NCBI GenBank assembly: GCA_030650425.1
Contig: JAUSED010000008.1
Location: 196,554-260,553 of the forward strand
Source: Candidatus Omnitrophota bacterium
Lineage (GTDB): Bacteria; Omnitrophota; Gorgyraeia; Gygaellales; Profunditerraquicolaceae
Direction: 5' to 3'
DNA: 64,000 nucleotides
The notes under the pieces are model-generated. The model ran no database searches. It was not told the origin of the DNA and saw nothing but the letters and a program-made list of their open reading frames with translations. Position numbers and translations under genes: made by a program. Shown here one piece after another: positions 52,689-61,411 of this stretch; within the stretch, counting starts at the first letter, position 1, and each line of letters begins with the position of its first letter.

Positions 52689-53717
52689 ATGAAAGGGTTG
52701 GCATTTCTAGATAGGTTTTTGACTCTTTGGATTTTTATAGCCATGGGCCTAGGAGTCTGCTCAGGGTATTTTTATCCGGGGATAGCCGGCTTTTGGAACA
52801 GGTTTCAGGTTGGTTCGACTAATATCCCGATTGCCATCGGCCTGATATTGATGATGTATCCGCCGCTGGCTAAGGTGAAATACGAGGAGATGGGGAGCGT
52901 TTTTAAGGATACCAAAATTCTAGCGCTTTCTTTAGTTCAAAATTGGATCATCGGCCCGGTTTTGATGTTTTTACTAGCGGTATTATTTTTAAGGGGGTAT
53001 CCGGAGTATATGATCGGGTTGATTATGATCGGCTTAGCCCGTTGTATCGCGATGGTTATTGTATGGAATGATTTGGCAAAAGGCGATACTGAATATTGCG
53101 CCGGACTCGTCGCCTTCAATTCACTGTTTCAGGTTATCTTCTATGCGGTTTACGCGTGGTTCTTTATTACCATTCTTCCGCCGTATTTTGGATTAAAAGG
53201 CGTTCAGGTAAATGTTACGATAGGGCAAATTGCCAATAGTGTTTTTATCTATTTAGGCATACCGTTTCTTGCCGGTATCATTACCAGGATTACTCTGTTG
53301 AAGTTAAAAAGCAGAAAATGGTACGAGGAAGAGTTTATCCCCAGAATAAGCCCGGTGACTCTGGCAGCTTTATTATTTACAATAGTCGTAATGTTCTCGC
53401 TCAAGGGCGAATATATCGTTAAGATTCCTTTAAATGCCGTAAAGATAGCCTTACCGCTTTTAATTTACTTCGTATTGATGTTTTTGGTTTCTTTTTATAT
53501 GGGGAGGAGATTCAATGCCGGCTACGCGAAAACAGCAACATTGTCTTTTACCGCGGCAAGTAATAATTTCGAATTAGCGATAGCGGTTGCTGTAGCAGTT
53601 TTTGGGATTAATTCGGGGGCTGCCTTTGCCGCGGTAATAGGGCCGTTGGTAGAAGTGCCTGTATTGATTAGTTTAGTCAATGTGGCGCTTTATTTTAAAA
53701 GGAAACATTTCGCGTAA
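52689..53717 (+). CDS. arsB: ACR3-family arsenite efflux transporter
   Basis: The N-terminus [20 protein letters not shown] is typical of ACR3. About 10 TM helices; 342 aa. Confidence 0.75.
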   Translation: MKGLAFLDRFLTLWIFIAMGLGVCSGYFYPGIAGFWNRFQVGSTNIPIAIGLILMMYPPLAKVKYEEMGSVFKDTKILALSLVQNWIIGPVLMFLLAVLFLRGYPEYMIGLIMIGLARCIAMVIVWNDLAKGDTEYCAGLVAFNSLFQVIFYAVYAWFFITILPPYFGLKGVQVNVTIGQIANSVFIYLGIPFLAGIITRITLLKLKSRKWYEEEFIPRISPVTLAALLFTIVVMFSLKGEYIVKIPLNAVKIALPLLIYFVLMFLVSFYMGRRFNAGYAKTATLSFTAASNNFELAIAVAVAVFGINSGAAFAAVIGPLVEVPVLISLVNVALYFKRKHFA

Positions 53718-53775
53718 GTAAGCTTTTATTAAGGCTTTCAGCCGGTAGATATAGACAAAGGAGCTGTAATCGATT

Positions 53776-54468
53776 ATGAAAGAAAAAATATTGATCATAG
53801 AAGATGAAAAAGATATAGTCAAAATGCTGGATTATAACCTGAAGAAAGAAGGGTTTAGGACTCTGTCTGTCGATGATGGGGGAGATGCCTTGGATTTAGT
53901 AAACAGAGAGCGCCCTGAACTCATTATTTTGGATTTAATGCTGCCCGGAATGGATGGTTTAGAGGTTTGTAAGGCGCTCAAGAAAGAGGGTAAAACCGCC
54001 TCTATTCCGATTATTATGCTTACGGCCAAGAGCCAGGAAGCGGACAAGGTGGTCGGGCTTGAATTAGGGGCTGATGATTATGTGACTAAACCATTTAGCC
54101 CGCGGGAATTGATCGCTAGAATAAAAGCGGTGTTACGCCGCGTGCAAGAAAAAGATAAATTGCCCGAGGCGGCCAAAATCGGCGAACTAAGCATAGATTT
54201 TTCCAGGATTGCGGTAACGGTTAAAAATAAAGTAGTTGAGCTTACGGCAAAAGAGTTTGAGCTGCTAAAGGCGCTGATCAGGGCAAAGGGGAGGGTTCTC
54301 TCGAGGGATTATCTTCTTGATAACATCTGGGGCTTTGATCATGCTGAGGAAATCCAGACCCGTACCGTAGATGTGCACATCAGGACATTACGTAAAAAGT
54401 TAAAAAGTGAAGCAAGGCGTATCATTACCGTAAAGAATTATGGGTATAGATTAGACTATGAAGTTTAG
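53776..54468 (+). CDS. phoB: OmpR/PhoB-family response regulator
   Basis: Receiver ILIIEDEKDI ... LDLMLPGMDG plus a winged-helix output domain (RTVDVHIRTLRKKL). Adjacent to the kinase and pst operon. Confidence 0.85.
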   Translation: MKEKILIIEDEKDIVKMLDYNLKKEGFRTLSVDDGGDALDLVNRERPELIILDLMLPGMDGLEVCKALKKEGKTASIPIIMLTAKSQEADKVVGLELGADDYVTKPFSPRELIARIKAVLRRVQEKDKLPEAAKIGELSIDFSRIAVTVKNKVVELTAKEFELLKALIRAKGRVLSRDYLLDNIWGFDHAEEIQTRTVDVHIRTLRKKLKSEARRIITVKNYGYRLDYEV

Positions 54469-55798
54469 GGGCTTTAAGCTAAAACTGATTTTTTCGTATG
54501 TTTTCCTTATTTTAGTATCCTTTGGATTTATTGCCTTCTTTCATTCTCTCATTCTGGGATTATTTTTTGCTTTAGGGGTTGCTTTTATTTTAGGTTCGCT
54601 GGTAGCTGCTCGGACGATCAAGCCTATTAACAGGATGATTCAGGTTTCGCGAAAATTCTCCGAAGGAGATTTTAGCCGCAGGATAATTCAGTCTTCTAAG
54701 GATGAAGTGGGAGAACTGGCTGTGGCCTTAAATGAGATGGCCCAGGATATAGAAAATAAGATCAGGAAAATTAAAGCGCAGAATCAGGAGCTCGCCGCGA
54801 TTTTCAACAGTATGATCGAAGGGGTTATGCTTATCGATAAGTCCGGACGCATCGTTTCTGTGAATCCAACGATTGAAAAAATATTCGGTTCTCCGAAAAG
54901 AGATCTAGAAGGTAAAATATTCTTAGAGACAATACGTAATAACGATATCGCGGAGGTTATCGATACGGTTTTAGCCAAAGGTAAACCCGTATCTACAGAG
55001 ATAACGCTTATTTATCCTCTGCGCAAGGTTTTTGAAGTTAACGCCACTCCTATATTTGAAAATGAAGTGATAAGCGGATGTTTAGTGGTGATCCACGATA
55101 TAACCGAAATTCGCAGGCTGGAAACTGTGCGCCGTGATTTTGTGGCTAATGTTTCTCATGAATTGAAGACTCCGCTTACTTCCATCAAAGGTTTTGTAGA
55201 GACGCTCCTTGAGGGGGCTTTGGATGATAAAAAAAATAACCGCGATTTCTTAAAAATTATTCAGGATCACGCTGAACGTCTGAATAGTTTAGTTAATGAT
55301 CTGCTTGCTTTATCGCAGCTTGAGTCAAAAGAGGCGCCGCTGGAGATAAAAGATGTTAATTTACAGCGTGAGGCCGAGGAAGTCATTTTAGGTTTTGATT
55401 CTCAGTTAAAAAAGAAAAACGTTGAAATAGAAAATACACTTGCACATGATATTTCGGTGAAAGCAGACAAAGAAAGGATAAAGCAGGTTTTTACCAATCT
55501 TATTGATAATGCCATAAAGTTTAACAAAAAAGACGGAAGAGTTAAGATTTATGCTGAAGAAATAAACGGAAAGCTTAAGATAAGCGTAGAAGATTTTGGC
55601 ATTGGTATTCCGGAAAAGGATATTCCGCGTATTTTTGAGCGGTTTTACCGGGTGGATAAGGCGCGCTCGCGCCAACTCGGAGGAACCGGTTTGGGGCTCT
55701 CCATTGTTAAACATATCATCGAGCTGCACGGCGGAAACGTCGGTGTGGAAAGTGCCGAAGGCCTTGGTTCAAAACTTTGGTTTTTACTTCCTAAATAA
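54458..55798 (+). CDS. phoR: PhoR-type sensor histidine kinase (two TM, HAMP, PAS, HisKA, HATPase)
   Basis: VSHELKTPLTSIKGF H-box, NLIDNAIKF, DFGIGIP, GGTGLGLSIVKHIIELHGG. Confidence 0.85.
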   Translation: MKFRGFKLKLIFSYVFLILVSFGFIAFFHSLILGLFFALGVAFILGSLVAARTIKPINRMIQVSRKFSEGDFSRRIIQSSKDEVGELAVALNEMAQDIENKIRKIKAQNQELAAIFNSMIEGVMLIDKSGRIVSVNPTIEKIFGSPKRDLEGKIFLETIRNNDIAEVIDTVLAKGKPVSTEITLIYPLRKVFEVNATPIFENEVISGCLVVIHDITEIRRLETVRRDFVANVSHELKTPLTSIKGFVETLLEGALDDKKNNRDFLKIIQDHAERLNSLVNDLLALSQLESKEAPLEIKDVNLQREAEEVILGFDSQLKKKNVEIENTLAHDISVKADKERIKQVFTNLIDNAIKFNKKDGRVKIYAEEINGKLKISVEDFGIGIPEKDIPRIFERFYRVDKARSRQLGGTGLGLSIVKHIIELHGGNVGVESAEGLGSKLWFLLPK

Positions 55799-55821
55799 CC
55801 CCTGAAGCCAGCTAAAATAAC

Positions 55822-55875
55822 TTTACCTGTATTTTACCTCTCCTTGAAGCAGATTTAATGCCTTCATTCTATAAT
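55822..55875 (+). promoter_or_regulatory. Pho-box-like direct repeat TTTACCTgtatTTTACCT (11-bp period) positioned ~30 nt upstream of a TATAAT -10 box
   Basis: Repeats at 55822-55828 and 55833-55839; TATAAT at 55870-55875. The repeats lie where PhoB boxes replace the -35. Confidence 0.35.
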
Positions 55876-55885
55876 TATTTTTAGA

Positions 55886-56566
55886 ATGAGAAGAAAGGAG
55901 GTGAGGAGAAAAATGAAAAAGATTTTTTTAGTAATCGGTTTAGCTGTATTTTTAACAGCGAGGGCCTATGCTTATGATAGCGGAGATTTTCAGGTTTGGA
56001 ACACCGACGTAGAAGAGCTTAAGGTTAATCATAAAACCAAGATCGCGTTAGAAGAAGAATTTCGCTGGGGCGACAACGCGAGTGAATTTTTCTACCAGCA
56101 TTACGATTTCGGATTATTCTATGATCTGAATAAGTACTTGAATATTGGAGGAGGGTATAGGCAGATATATGAATTAAAATCAGGAAATTTTAAACCCGAA
56201 GAAGCGCCTTATCTAACCGCGACCTTATTCGGCGATTGGAAAGGATTTAAGTTTGATGACCGCAGCCGGCTGGAATACAGGCATTTTAGCTATCAGGCTG
56301 ATGGCTGGAGATACCGTAACAAGTTTACGCTAAAATTCCCCTGGAAATTTACCAAGCTGGGGCTCCAGCCTTATCTGTCAGATGAAATGCTCATTGTTTT
56401 TGGAGTGATTAACCAGTTTAACGAAAACAGGTTCAGTTCCGGCCTTAGTGTTAATCTAACCAAGAATATTAAAGCAGAACTTTATTATATGTTGCGTACT
56501 GTTAAAGGTACGGATACCTGGATAGATGGTAATGTGCTTGGAGCAAAGTTAAAAGTAGCTTTTTAG
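55886..56566 (+). CDS. Secreted beta-barrel outer-membrane protein (DUF2490/porin-like); candidate Pho-regulated porin
   Basis: Signal peptide, alternating aromatic strands, and a C-terminal KVAF (terminal Phe). Confidence 0.45.
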   Translation: MRRKEVRRKMKKIFLVIGLAVFLTARAYAYDSGDFQVWNTDVEELKVNHKTKIALEEEFRWGDNASEFFYQHYDFGLFYDLNKYLNIGGGYRQIYELKSGNFKPEEAPYLTATLFGDWKGFKFDDRSRLEYRHFSYQADGWRYRNKFTLKFPWKFTKLGLQPYLSDEMLIVFGVINQFNENRFSSGLSVNLTKNIKAELYYMLRTVKGTDTWIDGNVLGAKLKVAF

Positions 56567-56606
56567 ATTTTACTTAGATTTTACATTCATATAACACAGG
56601 TATAAT
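56564..56606 (+). promoter_or_regulatory. Pho-box-like direct repeat TAGATTTTAC x2 (11-bp period) upstream of a TATAAT box in front of pstS
   Basis: Repeats at 56564-56573 and 56575-56584; TATAAT at 56601-56606. Confidence 0.35.
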
Positions 56607-56640
56607 ATAGATTCGCTATATTATGAAAAAGGAGAGAGAT

Positions 56641-57495
56641 ATGTTAAAGAAAGGATTACTTGTTGCAATAACGCTTTTATGCGCAGCCACTGCCTTTGCC
56701 GCCAAGGATAAGGATTCAATACAAGTCAAAGGCTCGGATACGATGGTTAATCTTTCCCAATCTTGGGCTGAGAAGTATACGGAGGAAAATCCGGGCAATT
56801 TTGTGGCGGTTACCGGGGGTGGTTCAGGGACCGGAATTTCGGCTTTAATCAGTGGTACGTGCGATATAGCCAACGCTTCAAGGACGATTAAAGAAAAAGA
56901 GATTGCTTTGGCCAAACAAAGAGGTACAGATCCCTATGAGATAAAGGTTGGTTTAGACGGTCTGGCAGTGGTAGTGAATCCGCATAACCCGGTAAGTAAG
57001 CTTACTACGCAACAGCTGGCAGATATCTTTACCGGCAGGGTTACTAATTGGAAAGAATTAGGCGGAGAAGATAGAAAGATCGTCGTTCTTTCCCGCGAAG
57101 TTAATTCCGGTACCCATGTCTATTTCAAAGAGCATGTATTAAGAAAAAGCGATCCCAATGGAAAGGAAGAGTTTAGCTCAGGCGCTTTATTACTCTCATC
57201 TTCTCAGGCAATTGCCGATGAGGTAGCCGGAAATTCCGATGCCATTGGTTATTACGGGATGGGTTATACTTCAGCTAAGCAAAAATCCATTGCCGTGGCC
57301 AAGGATGAGAGATCCGAGTATGTGATACCGGCAATTGAAAATGTTCTCAACGGTAAATATCCTATCTCAAGGCCGTTATTCGTGTATACCAACGGATCGC
57401 CAACCGGTTCAGTCAAGAAGTTTGTTGATTTTATCCTATCCAAAGAAGGGCAGGATATTGTTACGGCAACTGATTTTGTGCCGGTCAAAAAATAA
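56641..57495 (+). CDS. pstS: Phosphate ABC transporter substrate-binding protein
   Basis: AAAGGAGAGAG RBS, then ATG 56641. Signal peptide; GSDTM, TGGGSGTG and SREVNSGT PstS motifs. Confidence 0.85.
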   Translation: MLKKGLLVAITLLCAATAFAAKDKDSIQVKGSDTMVNLSQSWAEKYTEENPGNFVAVTGGGSGTGISALISGTCDIANASRTIKEKEIALAKQRGTDPYEIKVGLDGLAVVVNPHNPVSKLTTQQLADIFTGRVTNWKELGGEDRKIVVLSREVNSGTHVYFKEHVLRKSDPNGKEEFSSGALLLSSSQAIADEVAGNSDAIGYYGMGYTSAKQKSIAVAKDERSEYVIPAIENVLNGKYPISRPLFVYTNGSPTGSVKKFVDFILSKEGQDIVTATDFVPVKK

Positions 57496-57499
57496 ACCA

Positions 57500-58363
57500 A
57501 TGCGTAAGTTTAAAGAATTTATCATTGAAAAACTGGTATTACTCTGCGGTTTTGCTTCCATAATTTTTGTCGGGTTAATTTTTCTCTTTCTACTTAGAGA
57601 AGGGCTCGCGCTATTTAAAACCGCGGGCCCTTTTAATTTTCTTTTTGGGAAAAACTGGTATCCGATCTCCGAACCCGCGCAACTAGGGATACTTCCTTTA
57701 ATCCTCGGTTCATTATTAGTCACCGTTGGGGCAGCAGTGATTTCTATTCCTATCGGCGTAGGATGCGCGATTTATATTGCCGAGATCGCGCCGATTAAAA
57801 TTAAAGAAATGCTTAAAGCGGGAATTGAGTTGTTGGCAGCAATCCCGAGCGTAGTTTTAGGTTTTATTGGAATGGTAACGCTGGTGCCTTTGGTAAAGAA
57901 TATCTTTCATTTACCTACGGGTTTAACCGCCTTATCCGGATCAATTATGCTGGCGTTTATGGCTATGCCGACAATAGTTTCTGTAGCGGAGGACGCGCTC
58001 TATTCCGTGCCGAAGAATTATAAAGAGGGCGCTTTTGCCCTAGGGGCGACCCATTGGCAGACAATCTGGCGGGTCGAGCTCCCGGCAGCCTCAAGCGGCA
58101 TATTGGCCGCGATTATGCTGGGGATCGGCAGGGTAATCGGCGAAACGATGGCAGTAATGATGATTACCGGGAATGCCGCGGTGATACCGCATAGTATTCT
58201 TGCTCCCGTGCGCACTTTAACTGCCACCATAGCGGCAGAAATGGGAGAAGCAGTGGTAGGGAGCGAGCATTACTTCGCGTTATTTGCGATAGGCATAGCT
58301 TTGTTTGTGATAAGTTTCGCGATAAACGTAACGGCTGACTTATTTTTACACAGGGACGAATAA
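57500..58363 (+). CDS. pstC: Phosphate ABC transporter permease
   Basis: ATG at 57500, in frame with the longer ORF-track call. EAA-like loop in ALGATHWQTIWRVELPAA; six TM helices. Confidence 0.85.
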   Translation: MRKFKEFIIEKLVLLCGFASIIFVGLIFLFLLREGLALFKTAGPFNFLFGKNWYPISEPAQLGILPLILGSLLVTVGAAVISIPIGVGCAIYIAEIAPIKIKEMLKAGIELLAAIPSVVLGFIGMVTLVPLVKNIFHLPTGLTALSGSIMLAFMAMPTIVSVAEDALYSVPKNYKEGAFALGATHWQTIWRVELPAASSGILAAIMLGIGRVIGETMAVMMITGNAAVIPHSILAPVRTLTATIAAEMGEAVVGSEHYFALFAIGIALFVISFAINVTADLFLHRDE

Positions 58364-59211
58364 TGAAAAATCCACACAGGACGCAGCGAATCGCGTTTTT
58401 CTTTTTATTGCTGACTACTCTTCTAATAGTGATTCCGGTCGGGCTGATTGTCGTAATCATCATCCAAAAGGGCCTGCCCGCGATAAATTGGCAGTTTCTT
58501 TCAGCTATGCCGCGGCAGGGTATGCGCGCGGGAGGAATATTACCCGCGATTGTCGGGACGTTCTATCTGGTGTCCGGCGCGGTTACCTTTGCTTTACCAA
58601 TAGGATTACTTGCGGCGATATATCTAAGCGAGTATTCAAAAGGTAATAAACTTACCCGCCTGATTAAACTGGCGATTGTTAATTTGGCAGGTGTGCCTTC
58701 GGTAGTTTACGGGCTTTTTGGGTTGGCCCTTTTCGTGGTATTTTTTAAATTCGGGGCTTCCATTCTTTCAGGTTCGCTAACTTTGGGGATTATGATCCTG
58801 CCGATAATTATTACTACTTCGCGCGAAGCACTGGAAAGCGTGCCTCAGTCTTTTCGCGAGGTAAGTTTATCTTTGGGAGCGAGCAAATGGCAGACGATCA
58901 GGCATATCGTGCTGCCGAATGCTGTTCCGGGAATCTTAACCGGCACTATTCTTGGCCTGGGAAGGGCAGCCGGAGAAACAGCCCCGATTCTTTTTACGGT
59001 CGCGGCTTTTTATCTTCCGCGGCTTCCGCATTCTATTTTCGATCAGGTAATGGCCCTGCCGTATCATCTTTATATTATTTCAACTCAGGTGCCTAACGTT
59101 GATGAAAAAGTCAGGTATGGGACGGCATTTGTCTTGTTGGCGCTGGTTTTAATGATGAATTTGGTGGCGATCATTATCCGTTACAAATTCAGGAAGAATA
59201 AAAAATGGTGA
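58363..59211 (+). CDS. pstA: Phosphate ABC transporter permease
   Basis: LGASKWQTIRHIVLPNAVPGI EAA loop; 282 aa. Confidence 0.85.
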   Translation: MKNPHRTQRIAFFFLLLTTLLIVIPVGLIVVIIIQKGLPAINWQFLSAMPRQGMRAGGILPAIVGTFYLVSGAVTFALPIGLLAAIYLSEYSKGNKLTRLIKLAIVNLAGVPSVVYGLFGLALFVVFFKFGASILSGSLTLGIMILPIIITTSREALESVPQSFREVSLSLGASKWQTIRHIVLPNAVPGILTGTILGLGRAAGETAPILFTVAAFYLPRLPHSIFDQVMALPYHLYIISTQVPNVDEKVRYGTAFVLLALVLMMNLVAIIIRYKFRKNKKW

Positions 59212-59951
59212 AATTTGAGATACACGATTTGAATATATGGTTTGGTTCTCTTCATGCTATAAAACAGGTGACTATGGAGATTCAATCTAACGAGATTCTG
59301 AGCATCATCGGCCCGTCTAATAGCGGGAAGACAACTTTTTTACGCACGCTCAACCGTTTGAATGAGCTCAATCCGCGTTATAAAATATCCGGAGCAGTGG
59401 AATTGGAAAGAGAAGATATTCGGAGGCTTAATATAGAACTTTTACGGCAGAAGGTAGGAATGGTATTCGCGCTCCCTTTGCCATTACCGCTTTCTATTTT
59501 TGATAATGTGGCCTATGGAATGAGAATGCATGGTGAAAAAAATAGGAAGATACTGGAAGAAAAAGTGCGAGAAACACTGGAAAAAGCTTATCTTTGGGAA
59601 GAGGTCAAGGATAGGTTGGCCGAATCAGCTTTTAAATTATCCGGAGGACAACAACAGCGTTTATGTATTGCCCGGGCCCTTGCCGTTCGTCCGGAAGTAA
59701 TTTTATTTGATGAACCCTGTTCAGGGCTTGATCCTATTTCCACGGCTAAGGTGGAAGACGCGCTGGTTAAGCTAAAGGAGAATTACACCATTGTTTTGGT
59801 AACGAATAACGTAAAGCAGGCTTCCCGGGTAGGCGATCGAACGGCTTTTTTCTTGAGCGGTGAACTCATTGAGATAGACAGGACGGATAAAATCTTTACC
59901 GCTCCGCGAGACACGCGCACAGATGGTTATATTAGAGGTAAATTCGGATAA
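59205..59951 (+). CDS. pstB: Phosphate ABC transporter ATP-binding protein, copy 1. Intact Walker A/B and LSGGQ signature, but Q-loop Gln replaced by Ala and H-loop His replaced by Asn.
   Basis: GPSNSGKTT; [12 protein letters not shown] (consensus MVFQkPnPFP); [15 protein letters not shown]; [12 protein letters not shown]; LVTNNVKQA (consensus VTHN). Confidence 0.85.
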   Translation: MVKFEIHDLNIWFGSLHAIKQVTMEIQSNEILSIIGPSNSGKTTFLRTLNRLNELNPRYKISGAVELEREDIRRLNIELLRQKVGMVFALPLPLPLSIFDNVAYGMRMHGEKNRKILEEKVRETLEKAYLWEEVKDRLAESAFKLSGGQQQRLCIARALAVRPEVILFDEPCSGLDPISTAKVEDALVKLKENYTIVLVTNNVKQASRVGDRTAFFLSGELIEIDRTDKIFTAPRDTRTDGYIRGKFG

Positions 59952-60706
59952 TGGCAAAAATAATCACTAAAAATCTAAACCTTTGGTATTTTGGTTTTCA
60001 CGCCCTAAAGAAGATAAATTCATCTTTTGAAGCGAATAGGATTACCGCCATCATCGGGCCGTCGGGCTGCGGGAAATCAACCCTGCTTCGGGTTTTTAAC
60101 CGGATGAATGATTTAATTGAAGGGGTGCGCACGGAAGGAGAAGTGTTGGCTGATGGGGAGAATATTCTTGGCCAGAAGACGGATTTAGTTGCTTTGCGTA
60201 AGAAAATAGGGATGGTCTTTCAGCGGCCAAATCCATTCCCTTTATCTATTTATGAGAATATTGTTTTTGGGGAGAAGATACACGCTGATGGTATCACCAG
60301 AGATAAATTGGATGAAATCGTCAAGAGAAGCCTGGAGGATGTTCTTTTATGGGACGAATTAAAGGACAGGCTCAATCAGCCGGCTTTGAGGTTATCCTTG
60401 GAACAGAAACAGAGGCTCTGTATCGCCCGGCTTATCGCGGTTAAGCCGGATGTATTATTAATGGATGAGCCTTGTTCTACCTTGGATCCGCAGGGCACGC
60501 AAAGAGTGGAAGAATTAATGCGTGAATTGAAGAATAAATATACTATAATCATAGTTACGCATAATATGCAGCAGGCAGCCCGCGTTTCTGACGATACGGG
60601 TTTTATGCTTTTAGGCGAGCTGATAGAATTCGGAAAAACGCAGGAAATCTTTACTGCCCCTCGTGATAAACGTACGGAAGATTACATCACCGGAAGGTAT
60701 GGATAA
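59951..60706 (+). CDS. pstB: Phosphate ABC transporter ATP-binding protein, copy 2. Intact Walker A/B, Q-loop and H-loop, but a degenerate signature motif (LSLEQKQR in place of LSGGQQQR).
   Basis: GPSGCGKST; [10 protein letters not shown]; [15 protein letters not shown]; [12 protein letters not shown]; [10 protein letters not shown]. Confidence 0.85.
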   Translation: MAKIITKNLNLWYFGFHALKKINSSFEANRITAIIGPSGCGKSTLLRVFNRMNDLIEGVRTEGEVLADGENILGQKTDLVALRKKIGMVFQRPNPFPLSIYENIVFGEKIHADGITRDKLDEIVKRSLEDVLLWDELKDRLNQPALRLSLEQKQRLCIARLIAVKPDVLLMDEPCSTLDPQGTQRVEELMRELKNKYTIIIVTHNMQQAARVSDDTGFMLLGELIEFGKTQEIFTAPRDKRTEDYITGRYG

Positions 60707-60717
60707 GGAGGTTTACA

Positions 60718-61386
60718 ATGGAAAGGCTGATTGATCAAGAGCTGGAAGAATTGAATAAAGATATTCTCAAGATGGGCGCTTTAGCCGAAGAGGCGATCTA
60801 TAAATCCATTGAAGCGCTGAAGAATCGGGAGAAGGATATAGCCAAAAGCGTCATTGATAATGATATGAATATCGATAAGTTGGAATTAGAGATCGATGAA
60901 AAGTGTATTGATTTGATCGCCCGTTATCAACCTGTGGCTGGCGACCTGCGTTTTATCACTACCGGTATGAAGATCAACGCGGAGTTGGAAAGAATAGCGG
61001 ATATCGCGGTAGATATAGCTCAACGGACGCTGGAGATAGCGGATAAGCCTCTTTTAAAACCATTAATTGACATACCTAAGCTGGCGGCGGTTGCGCAAAA
61101 TATGGTCAAGACTTCCATAGATGCATTTGTGAAAGGAGATATTGCTTTAGCTAAAAAAGTTATGTTATCCGATTCTGAAGCGGATCAACTGCGTAATACA
61201 ATACAAAGAGAGCTTATTGAGGATTACATGGTTAAAGATAGCGCTACTGCTCCAAGAGCGGTTCAGCTGCTATTGATCGCCCGGTTTCTGGAAAGGATCT
61301 GCGATCATACTACCAATATCGCGGAAGATGTGATTTATATGGTGCAGGCGGAAGTGGTAAGGCATCATCCTGAGAAATTAAAATAA
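60718..61386 (+). CDS. phoU: Phosphate transport system regulator PhoU
   Basis: Two PhoU repeats (DLRFITTGMKINAELERIADIA; ARFLERICDHTTNIAEDV); 222 aa. Confidence 0.9.
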   Translation: MERLIDQELEELNKDILKMGALAEEAIYKSIEALKNREKDIAKSVIDNDMNIDKLELEIDEKCIDLIARYQPVAGDLRFITTGMKINAELERIADIAVDIAQRTLEIADKPLLKPLIDIPKLAAVAQNMVKTSIDAFVKGDIALAKKVMLSDSEADQLRNTIQRELIEDYMVKDSATAPRAVQLLLIARFLERICDHTTNIAEDVIYMVQAEVVRHHPEKLK

Positions 61387-61411
61387 ATCTTGCCTAAAAA
61401 GAGTGAGGAAA

